DNA from: Chthonomonadales bacterium
GTDB lineage: Bacteria; Armatimonadota; Chthonomonadetes; Chthonomonadales; CAJBBX01
Assembly (NCBI GenBank): GCA_037443035.1
Contig: JBBIPC010000007.1
Span: 32,001 to 96,000, forward strand
DNA: 64,000 nucleotides
Direction: 5' to 3'
Positions within the stretch are counted from its first letter, which is position 1; each line of letters begins with the position of its first letter. The notes below the pieces were generated by a model. The model worked only from the letters and a program-made list of their open reading frames with translations. It made no database searches and was not told the DNA's origin. This document shows, one piece after another, positions 26,842-36,959 of the stretch. A program made the position numbers and the translations under genes.

Positions 26842-28089
26842 ATGCGCATCCGGGAACCATCGTCCCGCCGTTCGACGGCCTTGCTGGAACAGGCGTTTTA
26901 CGACTGGACGAAGAAGATCCTTCAGCTTGCCAGCGTGGCGCTGGTAGCTCTTGGCGGGTACCTCGTCTACGGACTGATGTCCGGTGGGCTGGGTAACTGG
27001 TCTTCCCTGGACGCGGCAGCCCAGGCGCGCATCTCGGCCAACATTCAGGGCACGATCCTCTACTTCAACATCACCCTCATCGTACTGCTCATCACTTCCG
27101 TGATCCTCTACTACGATGAGGAATCCCTCGGCTACATCCTTGTCGTCCTTTCTATCGCGCTCTACTTCGGCGTTCCTTTCCTCATGGACTCCCAGATGCC
27201 CGGCCAGGTGGAGGCATGGGAGAAAGCCCGGAATGTCCCCATGTTGGCCCTGTACCACGAGGCGCGGGTCCTGGCGCTCATCCTCGTCGTCCCTGGTGTC
27301 GGCCTGGCCGTCTACGACATCGTCCAGCGAGTGCTGTCCGCGGGACGAGGCGAGAATGTGGACCTCACGGCCATGCAGTATGGCGGAGGCACCAAGGAGA
27401 TCGCTCCAGCGAACCCAGCCCTCATCGGCGCTTTCGCAGCTTGTTGGCAGTTACCGTTCTGCCGCGAGTCTCTCAGGGTCCGGTGCCCCATCTACCACCT
27501 GAAACGCCGATGCTGGCGCGAGCGCGTGGGCTGCATGTGCGAGGAGATGAGCATCCGGCAGGCGCTCGCCAGGTTCTTCGACAAACCGCGGGAGACGGGT
27601 AACTTGAACTTCGCTACGGGACTGGAGGGCGCCCCGGAGCCCGACACGCTCGTCGGCAGCTCGGTGCCCACTGGCCCGCGGGAGGATATCATCCGCGTTC
27701 CTGAGATCCGCAGGGATCAGGTGCGAATACCGTACAACACCTCCATGCCCATGGACGCGAAGAAAGAGCGGTGCCGCAACTGCGTGATCTACAACGAACA
27801 CCAACGCCACAAGTATCAGATGCTCGCGCCGATCATTACGCTGGCGGTGCCTCTGGTAGCCATTCTCGAGTTCGAAACGCTCCTGAACTACTTGAAGGAC
27901 TTCCTCCGCACCGCGGACCATGTCATGGCGCGCCTCTCTTTCGATCCGCAGGTACGCGACGTTGGCATTGCCGCCGCCACAACCAGCAGCGACGTCGCCA
28001 ACATCATCATGATCGCCTGCCTCGTCATTATCGTTACCACCATGGCGTTGCGCGTGCTCGAATACGTCGTATTCACACTGAAGGCATGA
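26842..28089 (+). CDS. Membrane protein with a Cys-rich two-CW-like soluble domain
   Basis: 4 N-terminal and 2 C-terminal TMs; CWQLPFC..CPIY..CWRERVGCMC and CRNC. Confidence 0.75.
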   Translation: MRIREPSSRRSTALLEQAFYDWTKKILQLASVALVALGGYLVYGLMSGGLGNWSSLDAAAQARISANIQGTILYFNITLIVLLITSVILYYDEESLGYILVVLSIALYFGVPFLMDSQMPGQVEAWEKARNVPMLALYHEARVLALILVVPGVGLAVYDIVQRVLSAGRGENVDLTAMQYGGGTKEIAPANPALIGAFAACWQLPFCRESLRVRCPIYHLKRRCWRERVGCMCEEMSIRQALARFFDKPRETGNLNFATGLEGAPEPDTLVGSSVPTGPREDIIRVPEIRRDQVRIPYNTSMPMDAKKERCRNCVIYNEHQRHKYQMLAPIITLAVPLVAILEFETLLNYLKDFLRTADHVMARLSFDPQVRDVGIAAATTSSDVANIIMIACLVIIVTTMALRVLEYVVFTLKA

Positions 28090-28535
28090 GCGACACCGTC
28101 GAGAAGATCGTGGACCTCGTCGCCCGATCCAGGGTGCGTTCCGTGAAGATTCGTACGCCCGATTGCAGCATCACCGTGAGAGTGAACCGGCGTCGGACCG
28201 CGGTTCAGCCAGAAGCACCTCCATCGGTCACTCCAGAGAGTCGGGCAGCGCCGACGCCTGTCCACCCGACATTGGAGCTACAGACCGTCAGAAGCCGCCG
28301 CGTTGGGGTCTTCCATCATCTGGAGCCACCAGTGATCCTTGGGCAGACTGTCGCGGCGGGTCAGACGTTGGGTGTGATCGAATCCATGCGGATCCTCAGT
28401 GACGTCCGAGCCGAGCGAGCCGGCGCCGTGCACGAGATACTGATCGAGGACGGAGCGCCTGTGGAATACGACCAGCCTCTCTTCGTCCTGGCCGCGCAGC
28501 CGTCCGCCAGAGAGGACAACGGCGATGCTGGATAA
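28086..28535 (+). CDS. accB: Biotin carboxyl carrier protein-like protein lacking the biotinyl-Lys
   Basis: VGVF, V..GQTLGVIESMRI..V.A..AG.V.EILIEDGAPVEYDQPLF, Pro/Ala linker. Canonical EAMK reads ESMR. Confidence 0.8.
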   Translation: MSDTVEKIVDLVARSRVRSVKIRTPDCSITVRVNRRRTAVQPEAPPSVTPESRAAPTPVHPTLELQTVRSRRVGVFHHLEPPVILGQTVAAGQTLGVIESMRILSDVRAERAGAVHEILIEDGAPVEYDQPLFVLAAQPSAREDNGDAG

Positions 28536-28893
28536 GATGCGTCGGTGGCGAGCTCTGAATATGATCGAGGTCCTGGTGGTTCTCGTCATCCTGGTAGCCA
28601 TCGGGGCATTCCTCCTACCGCGATACCTTCACTCCGCGGGAAAGCGCGCCGACAGTTTCCGTGGCCCTGTGGTCGAGGCAAGAGACACCGTCTGCCGCTC
28701 CAATCTCAACCAGTTGCGTGCCAGCATCCAAGCCGCCGCGGCTAGCGATCCGGATGGTGCCTATCCCCGCTCGCTGGAGGACCTCGGTATGCCTTCCGAG
28801 ATCCTAAGGTGCCCTACAGGTGGTGAGGCGTACCGGTATGACGCAGCATCCGGTCGCGTGCAGTGCCCGCATCCCGGACACGAGGGGTACTAG
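28525..28893 (+). CDS. Small pilin/pseudopilin-like protein
   Basis: RA-LNMIEVLVVLVILVAI type III-like signal with Glu+5; C.SNL.Q; CP..G..Y.Y..CP.H. Confidence 0.75.
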   Translation: MLDKMRRWRALNMIEVLVVLVILVAIGAFLLPRYLHSAGKRADSFRGPVVEARDTVCRSNLNQLRASIQAAAASDPDGAYPRSLEDLGMPSEILRCPTGGEAYRYDAASGRVQCPHPGHEGY

Positions 28894-28900
28894 AAGGCTG

Positions 28901-30262
28901 ATGTTCCGCAAGATCCTGGTCGCCAACCGCGGCGAGATTGCCGTCCGCATTCTCCGAGCCTGCCGCGAGCTCGGCATCGCGACGGTCGCTGTGTACTCCG
29001 TGGCGGACCGTACCTCGCTACATGTGCAACTCGCCGATGAAACGGTCTGCATCGGCCCTGAATCCAGCAAGGATAGTTACCTCAACTCCGCCAACATCAT
29101 CGCGGCAGCTCACAATGCCGGTGCCGAGGCCATCCACCCAGGATACGGTTACCTGAGCGAGCAGGCGTCTTTCGCCGAGGCATGCGAGGCCTGCAAGCTC
29201 ACCTTCATCGGACCGCCCGCCCAGGTCATGGATGACATGGGTGACAAGGCCCGCGCACGAGAGATAGCCCGGAAGGCCAAGGTGCCCATCATTCCTGGCT
29301 CTGAGGGACCAGTCTCCAATGAGACAGAAGGCGCCAGAGTTGCTCAGCGCATCGGATTCCCCATCTACATCAAGGCGGTCGCAGGCGGCGGTGGCACGGG
29401 CATTCGCCGCGTGGATCGGGCCGAAGACCTGCCGCGGGCTCTTCAGATGGCCATGTCCGAAGCGGATGCCGCCTTTGGACGCCCCGACGTCTACATCGAG
29501 AAGTACCTGGAGCAGCCGCGCCATATCGAAGCCCAGGTCATGGCCGACCGCCACGGCCACGTCATGCACCTGGGGCTTCGCGAGTGCTCGGTACAGAACA
29601 TTCGGCACAAGAAACTCATCGAAGAGTGTCCTGCCAGCGAGATCCCTGCTTCGCTCGGTGCGAAGATCGCCGAAGCCGCAGTTCGCCTTGCCAGGTCCGT
29701 GGGTTACGTCAACGCCGGCACAGTGGAGTTCCTCGTGGACAAGAAGGGGGAGTTTTACTTCCTCGAGATGAATACCCGGCTGCAGGTGGAACACCCGGTG
29801 ACCGAACTCGTGACGGGCGTTGATATCGTCCAGGAGCAGATACGCATCGCGGCAGGGTTGCCCCTATCTCTTAGCCAGAAAGCGGTTCGCTGGTACGGTC
29901 ACGCCATCGAGTGCCGGGTCACCGCCGAGGATCCGGAGCAGAACTACATGCCTCAAGCCGGTCGGATTACGCGCATACGCTGGCCAGGCGGCCCAGGAGT
30001 GCGACTGGATACCCACGTCTACACCGGCTACGAAGTTCCCCCCTACTATGACCCCATGCTGGGAAAGGTCATTGTCTGGGCCCCAACTCGTGCAGCAGCC
30101 ATCGCCCGCATGCGCCGGTGCCTCGATGAGCTCGTCATCGAGGGTCTCGCCACGAACATCGCCCTTCAGCGAAGGATCGTCGCCAACCCGTTTTTCGAGA
30201 AGGGCGACGTCACCACCGAGACGTTAGCCAACGTCATCACCAACGGTGGTCAGGCAAGCTGA
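28901..30262 (+). CDS. accC: Biotin carboxylase (divergent)
   Basis: KILVANRGEIA, IHPGYG, KAVAGGGG, FLEMNTRLQVEHPVTE, PYYDPM. Confidence 0.92.
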   Translation: MFRKILVANRGEIAVRILRACRELGIATVAVYSVADRTSLHVQLADETVCIGPESSKDSYLNSANIIAAAHNAGAEAIHPGYGYLSEQASFAEACEACKLTFIGPPAQVMDDMGDKARAREIARKAKVPIIPGSEGPVSNETEGARVAQRIGFPIYIKAVAGGGGTGIRRVDRAEDLPRALQMAMSEADAAFGRPDVYIEKYLEQPRHIEAQVMADRHGHVMHLGLRECSVQNIRHKKLIEECPASEIPASLGAKIAEAAVRLARSVGYVNAGTVEFLVDKKGEFYFLEMNTRLQVEHPVTELVTGVDIVQEQIRIAAGLPLSLSQKAVRWYGHAIECRVTAEDPEQNYMPQAGRITRIRWPGGPGVRLDTHVYTGYEVPPYYDPMLGKVIVWAPTRAAAIARMRRCLDELVIEGLATNIALQRRIVANPFFEKGDVTTETLANVITNGGQAS

Positions 30263-30265
30263 CCG

Positions 30266-31396
30266 ATGCCCATGAACGATCGCGAAAGGTATCTGGAAAC
30301 TTTGCTTTTCGGTGCACCCGACCGCATCCCCTTCAACCCCGGCGGTCCGAGGGAGTCCACGCTCCGCGCCTGGCACCAGCAAGGGTTGCCTGAAGGCGTT
30401 CACTGGTACCACTACATCCGCGAGGTCATTGGCATCGAGCCGCCTCCGTCCGAGCCGCGCCCCGGTGTGTGGATACGGCACACGATGATCCCCGAGTTCG
30501 AGGAGAAGGTTCTCGAAGAGCGTGAGGACTCGCTCATTGTCCAGGACTGGAAGGGGAATATCTGCGAGATATCCAAGCAGTTCGATGTCTCTTATCTGCG
30601 GTCTGCCAAGGACTTCGTTACGCGGCGCTGGATCCGTTGCCCCGTCGAGACCTGGGACGACTGGGAATCCATGAAGGCGCGCTACGACCCCGAGGACACC
30701 TCGCGCTTGCCAGCCAACCTGGCCGAACTCGCGCCACGCCTGACGGACCGGGACTACCCCATCGGCGTGGGCGTCCACGGCCCCTTCTGGCAGATGAGAG
30801 AGTGGCTAGGCTTCGAAGGGCTCTGCGTGATGTTCAAGGACGACCCGGCCCTCATTCGCGACATGGTCCGTTTCTGGACCGATTACATCTCCCGCCTCCT
30901 CGAGAGGCTTCTCCGCGTAGTGACGGTGGATTACCTGCACATCTCCGAAGACATGGCCTACAAGGTGAAGCCCATGATCGGACCGGATATGTGCAGGGAG
31001 TTCCTCGCTCCATGCTGGCGCCAGTGGGGTGAGATCCTTCGGAGCCACGATGTGCCCATCTACGACGTCGACTCGGACGGATATATCGTGGACCTCATCC
31101 CGGTATGGACTGAATGCGGCATCAACGTCTGCGATCCCATCGAGGTAGCTGCGGGCAATGACATCCAGGCCATGCGTGAGCAGTTCGGGACGGCCATGGC
31201 ATTCCAGGGCGGCGTGGACAAACGCGCTATGGCCGCCGGCGGCCGCGAGCTCGAAGCGGAGCTGGATCGCATCGAACCCGTCCTCCGATCCGGCGGTTAC
31301 ATACCGGGCTGCGATCATGGCATACCGCCTGATGTAAGCTGGCCCAATATGGTGGCCTACTGCGACAGACTGGCGCGCATGACGGGCTGGAAGTAA
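30266..31396 (+). CDS. Uroporphyrinogen decarboxylase-family protein
   Basis: ISEDMAYK..PMI.P, DSDG, GGVDK, GGYIPGCDHGIP. Confidence 0.85.
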   Translation: MPMNDRERYLETLLFGAPDRIPFNPGGPRESTLRAWHQQGLPEGVHWYHYIREVIGIEPPPSEPRPGVWIRHTMIPEFEEKVLEEREDSLIVQDWKGNICEISKQFDVSYLRSAKDFVTRRWIRCPVETWDDWESMKARYDPEDTSRLPANLAELAPRLTDRDYPIGVGVHGPFWQMREWLGFEGLCVMFKDDPALIRDMVRFWTDYISRLLERLLRVVTVDYLHISEDMAYKVKPMIGPDMCREFLAPCWRQWGEILRSHDVPIYDVDSDGYIVDLIPVWTECGINVCDPIEVAAGNDIQAMREQFGTAMAFQGGVDKRAMAAGGRELEAELDRIEPVLRSGGYIPGCDHGIPPDVSWPNMVAYCDRLARMTGWK

Positions 31397-31399
31397 GCC

Positions 31400-33019
31400 C
31401 TACGGCGCGTCAGCGTCACTTCCCCGGTACCGATAGCACCTGTAGAGATAGTAGGTCACCACAGGCTCATCGTAGATGGGCCGAACCCATACAACCACCG
31501 GCTCCCGCACAGGTTCCACTCGCTCGAAGAGTGTATGGAATGCCGGCAACAGCGGGTCATCCGGCGGCCGGTGGTCTACGATCAGTGCGTTCCGACCCTT
31601 GGTCAGCCCCGCAGCGGCGTTCAGGAAGCGATACTGATTGTCCCGTGTCCCCAGAAAGAAGCAGTACACGCGCGGTTGGCCAGGCAGATAGAATGCCAGC
31701 CGACTGGCATTGTCGTACGTGGCCGCCCCCACGATTGGAGCCACTCCTTCGCGCGCCATCTTACGCATCTCCTGCACACAGGCGGTGGCAAGCTCGCGGC
31801 CTCCATACATCTTCCGGGACTGATCGAGCCTCGCTGGGATGCGCAGCCCCACCGCCACACGGAACTCCGGCCATCCGGCAAGCAGTGAGATGATAGCAGC
31901 GAGTCCGGTGGCGACCGCTGCGTAACGTAGCCGTCGGCGATGGCGCGCTGGCTGCGATCCCGACCCTGCGACTTCGCGTGGCTCCTTCTCACTGTGCCGA
32001 GCGTCCACTGAGCCGCCATGAAACACCCAACCGGCATAGGCCAGCGCTGCGCCGACCCACCCGCATACGGCCCAGTTCGCCTGCACCTTCGCCTTGAGAC
32101 TGAGGAGCACGAACAGAAGCAGCACCGGCACACTGAACCAGAAGCCGATCTGCGTGCCCTTGTCTGCGAGCCTCCGTCCTGGCCTGCCGATGCTCCACAG
32201 CGCCGTCGACATCCCGCCGAACAACAGAGGCGTGACAAGGCCGATCTGGGAGCCGATGAAATCGCCAAGCCGTCGCAAAGGACCATGCGTATCCGCCTTG
32301 GCTGTCAGGCCGGAGACGTGCAGAACACTCACCCACTCGTGCCGGGCCTGCCATACAAGATTCGGCATCACCAGGGCTACTGCAATGGCGAGGGCTACGT
32401 ACGGGTGCGGCCGCCGGAGCCACGGGCGGAGGTCCGGCTGGGTATACAGATAGAGCACCGCGCACGGTACTGCCAGGACCATGGTGTACTTGCTCGAGAC
32501 GCCCAACCCGCCAGCGATCCCGAGGAGAACCCACGGCAGCCACCCGCGAGCCACGCATACGTTGATCCTGCCTGCGTGCAGCGCTTCGTTCCCCTCCGTG
32601 GCCCACACCAGACAACAGATGGCCATGGTCCAGAACAGGACCAGAGGCACATCGTAAGTCGCAACGAATCCGCCCACCGTACCCATGGGGGTCACGGCAG
32701 CACATAGCATCGCCAGCAAGCCCGCCCACGCCCCTGAGAGTCGCCGACCCGCCCAGTACACCAGAGCCAGCGTGAGCGTTGCGGTAAGGACGATACCCCC
32801 CCTTACGCCGAGCTCCGTGCTGCCGAACAGCTCGGTAGATGCGCGAATGAGCCAGGCGATGACCGGCCCCTGATCGTAGTAGCCCCAGTCGAGCTGCCGG
32901 CTCCACTCCCAGTAGTACGTCTCGTCAGGCGCCAAGGGGAACCGGAGCGCTAGCAGCACGTGGAGAGCGGTGATTCCGACCAGCAGACCGAGCGCGAGTC
33001 TATCTGCGGGATGACGCAT
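31400..33019 (-). CDS. ArnT/PMT-family (GT39/83-like) glycosyltransferase
   Basis: PDETYYWEWSRQLDWGYYDQGP, GLGVSSKYT, many TMs. Confidence 0.88.
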   Translation of the reverse strand: MRHPADRLALGLLVGITALHVLLALRFPLAPDETYYWEWSRQLDWGYYDQGPVIAWLIRASTELFGSTELGVRGGIVLTATLTLALVYWAGRRLSGAWAGLLAMLCAAVTPMGTVGGFVATYDVPLVLFWTMAICCLVWATEGNEALHAGRINVCVARGWLPWVLLGIAGGLGVSSKYTMVLAVPCAVLYLYTQPDLRPWLRRPHPYVALAIAVALVMPNLVWQARHEWVSVLHVSGLTAKADTHGPLRRLGDFIGSQIGLVTPLLFGGMSTALWSIGRPGRRLADKGTQIGFWFSVPVLLLFVLLSLKAKVQANWAVCGWVGAALAYAGWVFHGGSVDARHSEKEPREVAGSGSQPARHRRRLRYAAVATGLAAIISLLAGWPEFRVAVGLRIPARLDQSRKMYGGRELATACVQEMRKMAREGVAPIVGAATYDNASRLAFYLPGQPRVYCFFLGTRDNQYRFLNAAAGLTKGRNALIVDHRPPDDPLLPAFHTLFERVEPVREPVVVWVRPIYDEPVVTYYLYRCYRYRGSDADAP

Positions 33020-33067
33020 GGCACACGCATTGTACAGCATGCCTAGGCACAGCGTCTGCCGAGCCGA

Positions 33068-33829
33068 CTACCTTCCGAGAACGCGCACGCTCCAGTAGGC
33101 GATGTCCACGCCCGGGTCCTGGTCGGTCGGGTACACGTCGTGGAGCGGTTCGTAGCCAGGGTAGCCCGGACTAGAGCTACTTTCATACAGGCGGTTCTGA
33201 AGGGTATCTATCGTGAGGAACGTGTTGAAAGACCCCGAGCCTAGGCGCTGATCGCCCATGGCGTCCACGTACTTGTCAGGATCTGGCACGAGGGGGTCTG
33301 TGGGTGTGGTGGTGGTGGCGATGACGTTGATCTGCAGATAGCGCGGCAGCTCCCCGTTGTTGGGGTCAGGCTCGCCCGCAGCCGGTTGTATGCGGCTCAG
33401 ATCTAGCTCGAACTGGAGCATGGCACTTCCCGACGGAGGTGCGGTGTACTCCGGCTCGCCTCTCGCAGCGAAGACGTTCCGGTTCGGATCGCCGTTCATG
33501 CCATCCGGAAGATGGTAGAGACCATAACCCGATGCAGTGGGCTGGCGCTGGCCCCGGCTATACTCCACAAAGTCCGTGAAGCCTGGCGTTGCGGCGTTCT
33601 GGCCCGTCGCGAATCCGTTCAGATACGGAGGAAGAATGACTGCGATGGGACCATTCTGTCCGGAGGGATCGCCTGCGTTTCGGATAAGAAAGTAATAGTG
33701 ATAGAAGTCGTTCACGGGCCCGTTCATACGCAGGGTAACCGCTAGGCGCACGCCAGTTGTGGCCGTCGTTGGCGCACGCGCGCAGCCCGATGCGATCAGC
33801 AGGACAAAATGGGCTACCAGTAGAATCAT
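33068..33829 (-). CDS. Hypothetical lipoprotein
   Basis: Hydrophobic signal ending IASGC. Start uncertain (33829, or as far as 33919). Confidence 0.65.
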   Translation of the reverse strand: MILLVAHFVLLIASGCARAPTTATTGVRLAVTLRMNGPVNDFYHYYFLIRNAGDPSGQNGPIAVILPPYLNGFATGQNAATPGFTDFVEYSRGQRQPTASGYGLYHLPDGMNGDPNRNVFAARGEPEYTAPPSGSAMLQFELDLSRIQPAAGEPDPNNGELPRYLQINVIATTTTPTDPLVPDPDKYVDAMGDQRLGSGSFNTFLTIDTLQNRLYESSSSPGYPGYEPLHDVYPTDQDPGVDIAYWSVRVLGR

Positions 33830-33917
33830 GACAACGGTGCTCGGACTAGGGTCTCTGAGGTGGCGCGCCGCTTGTCCACTCCTCGAGAAGTTGGACATCG
33901 AATGGAGAAATCGTTTC

Positions 33918-35570
33918 ATGAGTCAGGTCCAGCAGACGCAGGCCGCTGATGCGGCGGCCACTCCTAGTGAGCTAGCTGGGGCCAGTATAGCCGACCGTAA
34001 GCCTCCAAGGCAACGCTGGGGTCCGTGGGTGGCCGTGCTGGTGGCAGCTGCGCTCGTTACTCTGGCGTTCCCGCCCACGGATCTCGGCTGGCTTGCCTGG
34101 ATCGGCTACGCTCCGCTCCTCTGGGCGATTCGCCAGGCCAACCGTCCGCGTTCAGCGGTGCTACTCGCCTACGTGTTCGGTGTCGTACACTTCGGTTGGT
34201 TGACACCGTGGATCGGGAAAACGGTCAGCGCCTGGTCGGGCACGAGTCTCGGCTGGTTGGCATGGATAGGTCTGGCAGCCATACAGGGCCTGTGGTACGC
34301 CCTTTTCGGATTCCTGGCGTGGTGGATCGTACGACGGACGCGCGGCGATGCCCAGCTTCTTCTCCTGGCCTGCGCCTGGGTCGTCATCGAGCACTTCCGA
34401 ACGCTCGGTGGCCTTGCCATGCCATGGGGCCTTGCGGCGTACACCCAATATCGGGCCCTCACCCTCATCCAGATCTGCGATATCACGGGTGCACTGGGCA
34501 TCAGTTTCATCATCGCTCTCGTGAACAGCGCCCTCAGCGCGTTTCTGATACCCGCCTCGCCAAGCAATGCATCCGACGGGCGCCTGTCGCGGATGACCCT
34601 TCGCCTGAAGAACTATGTGGCGGATCTCGGCGTTCTCGTGCTGCCTTGCCTGCTCTACGCCGGCACGCTCTCTTACGGAATGCTCACGGCTGGCCTACCG
34701 TGGAATGGACGACCGGTGATGGTCTCGCTGATTCAGCCCAACTTCTCGAGCGTCGGTCCTCAGCTTCCTCGCGACAGACTCATGGGGAGGCTAGCCGCGG
34801 CCGTCAACTCGGTGGCGGCTAGCGCCCCTTCCTTAACGGTGTGGCCCGAGAGCACGACCCCGGAAGACGCCGTCCATGACCTCGACATGCGTACGGTATT
34901 CGACTCCTTCGCCGACATGACTGGCGGCTTCCATCTTGTCGGTACAGGATACACGGACGACCAGGGAAGGAGTCGCAACTCCGCCGCACTCTTTGGACCG
35001 GAGACCGGCCTCATAGGACGCTATGACAAGCAACAGCTTGTCCCGTTCGGCGAGTGGTTTCCGGCGCGACTGCTCCTGAAGCCTGTGGCAAGCATCTTTC
35101 GCATTCCGGAGGACGACGTTGTGGCAGGCGGTCCTCAGGACCCACTGAAGGCCCGTGAGATGAGAATCGGTGTGCTCATCTGCTATGAGTCCATATTCCC
35201 CGCGCTCGCAAGGGATAGGGTGCGACGTGGGGCCAATGTCCTCGTGTCCATCACCAATGACAGTTGGGCCGGGCGATCTGCGTCGCCGCGACAGCACTTC
35301 GCCATGAGCATCTTCCGCGCCATCGAGACGCGCCGGACTCTGTGCGCAGCCGCGCTAACGGGCGTGACGGGCATTGTCGCTCCCAACGGCCAGGCCACGT
35401 ATTCCGAGGAGAACTGTCCAGCCATCGCCACGGATCTCATTGACCTGCGCGAGGGTCTCACTCCTTACGCACGATGGGGCGACTGGTTCCCGTACCTCTG
35501 CTTTGTCCTCGTCGTCTACGGTCTCTGGAAAACGAGTACGTCTCCGGCCGTCCAGCCCCACGCTGAGTAG
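33918..35570 (+). CDS. lnt: Apolipoprotein N-acyltransferase
   Basis: LAFPP, QPN, VWPE, YDKQQLVPFGE, ICYESIF, TNDSW, RAIE. Confidence 0.95.
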   Translation: MSQVQQTQAADAAATPSELAGASIADRKPPRQRWGPWVAVLVAAALVTLAFPPTDLGWLAWIGYAPLLWAIRQANRPRSAVLLAYVFGVVHFGWLTPWIGKTVSAWSGTSLGWLAWIGLAAIQGLWYALFGFLAWWIVRRTRGDAQLLLLACAWVVIEHFRTLGGLAMPWGLAAYTQYRALTLIQICDITGALGISFIIALVNSALSAFLIPASPSNASDGRLSRMTLRLKNYVADLGVLVLPCLLYAGTLSYGMLTAGLPWNGRPVMVSLIQPNFSSVGPQLPRDRLMGRLAAAVNSVAASAPSLTVWPESTTPEDAVHDLDMRTVFDSFADMTGGFHLVGTGYTDDQGRSRNSAALFGPETGLIGRYDKQQLVPFGEWFPARLLLKPVASIFRIPEDDVVAGGPQDPLKAREMRIGVLICYESIFPALARDRVRRGANVLVSITNDSWAGRSASPRQHFAMSIFRAIETRRTLCAAALTGVTGIVAPNGQATYSEENCPAIATDLIDLREGLTPYARWGDWFPYLCFVLVVYGLWKTSTSPAVQPHAE

Positions 35571-35682
35571 CAGGTCCCGGCTGGCCTGGCATGCAGACAG
35601 AGGTATACTTTGCATAGACCGCTGGCGCGCGTGGTCTGTGTGGAGTGTGCGCCTCGGCGTGCCAGGACAAGGGGACCCGTTC

Positions 35683-36942
35683 GTGACGTCTAGCAAGATT
35701 ATCGTGCGAGGCGGCGAGCCGTTGCACGGTACAGTGCCAACAAGCGGCAGCAAGAATGCCGCACTCGCCGTAATGGCTGCAGCCATATTAGCGACCGAGC
35801 CAGTCACGTTGCGTAATGTGCCGCGCATCGGTGACATCCACACAATGGTGGAACTGCTCAACGAGCTCGGAGCCACCGCTCAGTTCGTCGAGCCTACCAC
35901 GGTCCGCATCGATCCTTCCTCCATCTTGACACTGGAGGCGCCCTACGAGCTAGTTCGCAAGATGCGGGCATCCTTCAACGTTCTGGGTCCGCTGCTAGCT
36001 CGCTTCGGCTTCGCGAGGGTTCCCGTACCAGGCGGTTGCGATATCGGGACACGGCCCGTCAACTTTCATGTGGACGGACTCCGGAGGCTCGGGGCCAAGC
36101 TGCATTCCGAGCACGGTGTCTACACTGCTGAGGCGAAGAAGCTCGTCGGCGGCACCATCTACATGGATTTCCCCAGCGCCGGTGCCACGCAGCACCTGAT
36201 GACGGCTGCCTCTCTTGCGCAGGGAGTCACCACCATAGAAAACTGCGCCACCGAGCCGGAGGTTCTCAGTCTGGCAGAGTTTCTCAACTCCCTGGGAGCG
36301 CAGGTACACGGCGCCGGTACGACGACCATCCGTGTCACTGGCGTCGAGTGCCTTCGTGGTGGCGAGTTCACCATCATCCCGGACCGCATGGAGGCGGGCA
36401 CGTTCGCGGTGGCGGCTGCCATCACCGCAGGAGATGTGGTCATCGAGAACGCAGTCGTCGAGCACATGAGTCCGGTCCTGAACAAGCTCATGGAGACTGG
36501 GGCCGAAGTCACGCCTGTCACGAATGGCGTCCGGATTCGAGGTCCGAAACGCCCCAAGCCCGCGGATATCAAGACCAACCCGCATCCAGCGTTTCCCACG
36601 GACATGCAGCAACCTTTCGGTGCCCTCCTCTCCATCGCCGATGGAACCTCCGTGATCACGGAGAACGTCTACGAAAGCCGTTTCCGGTACGTCAACGAAC
36701 TCAATCGCATGGGAGCGGACATCCGAGTAAGTGCCAGAACGGCGGTCATCACAGGGGTGCCGCGGCTCACAGGCTGTCCGGTTACCGCGTCGGATCTGCG
36801 GGCTGCTGCCGCGCTCGTGTGCGCTGGCCTGGCAGCAGAGGGAGCCACGGAGTTGACCGGTGTGGAGCACCTCGAGCGTGGCTATGAAGATCTGCCCTCC
36901 AAACTTCGCTCCCTTGGCGCAAGTGTCGAGTGCTGTGACTAG
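35683..36942 (+). CDS. murA: UDP-N-acetylglucosamine 1-carboxyvinyltransferase
   Basis: [21 protein letters not shown] (catalytic Cys), FPTDMQ, DLRA, ERGYE. Confidence 0.97.
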   Translation: MTSSKIIVRGGEPLHGTVPTSGSKNAALAVMAAAILATEPVTLRNVPRIGDIHTMVELLNELGATAQFVEPTTVRIDPSSILTLEAPYELVRKMRASFNVLGPLLARFGFARVPVPGGCDIGTRPVNFHVDGLRRLGAKLHSEHGVYTAEAKKLVGGTIYMDFPSAGATQHLMTAASLAQGVTTIENCATEPEVLSLAEFLNSLGAQVHGAGTTTIRVTGVECLRGGEFTIIPDRMEAGTFAVAAAITAGDVVIENAVVEHMSPVLNKLMETGAEVTPVTNGVRIRGPKRPKPADIKTNPHPAFPTDMQQPFGALLSIADGTSVITENVYESRFRYVNELNRMGADIRVSARTAVITGVPRLTGCPVTASDLRAAAALVCAGLAAEGATELTGVEHLERGYEDLPSKLRSLGASVECCD

Positions 36943-36959
36943 CCGCGAGGTTCCCTGAC

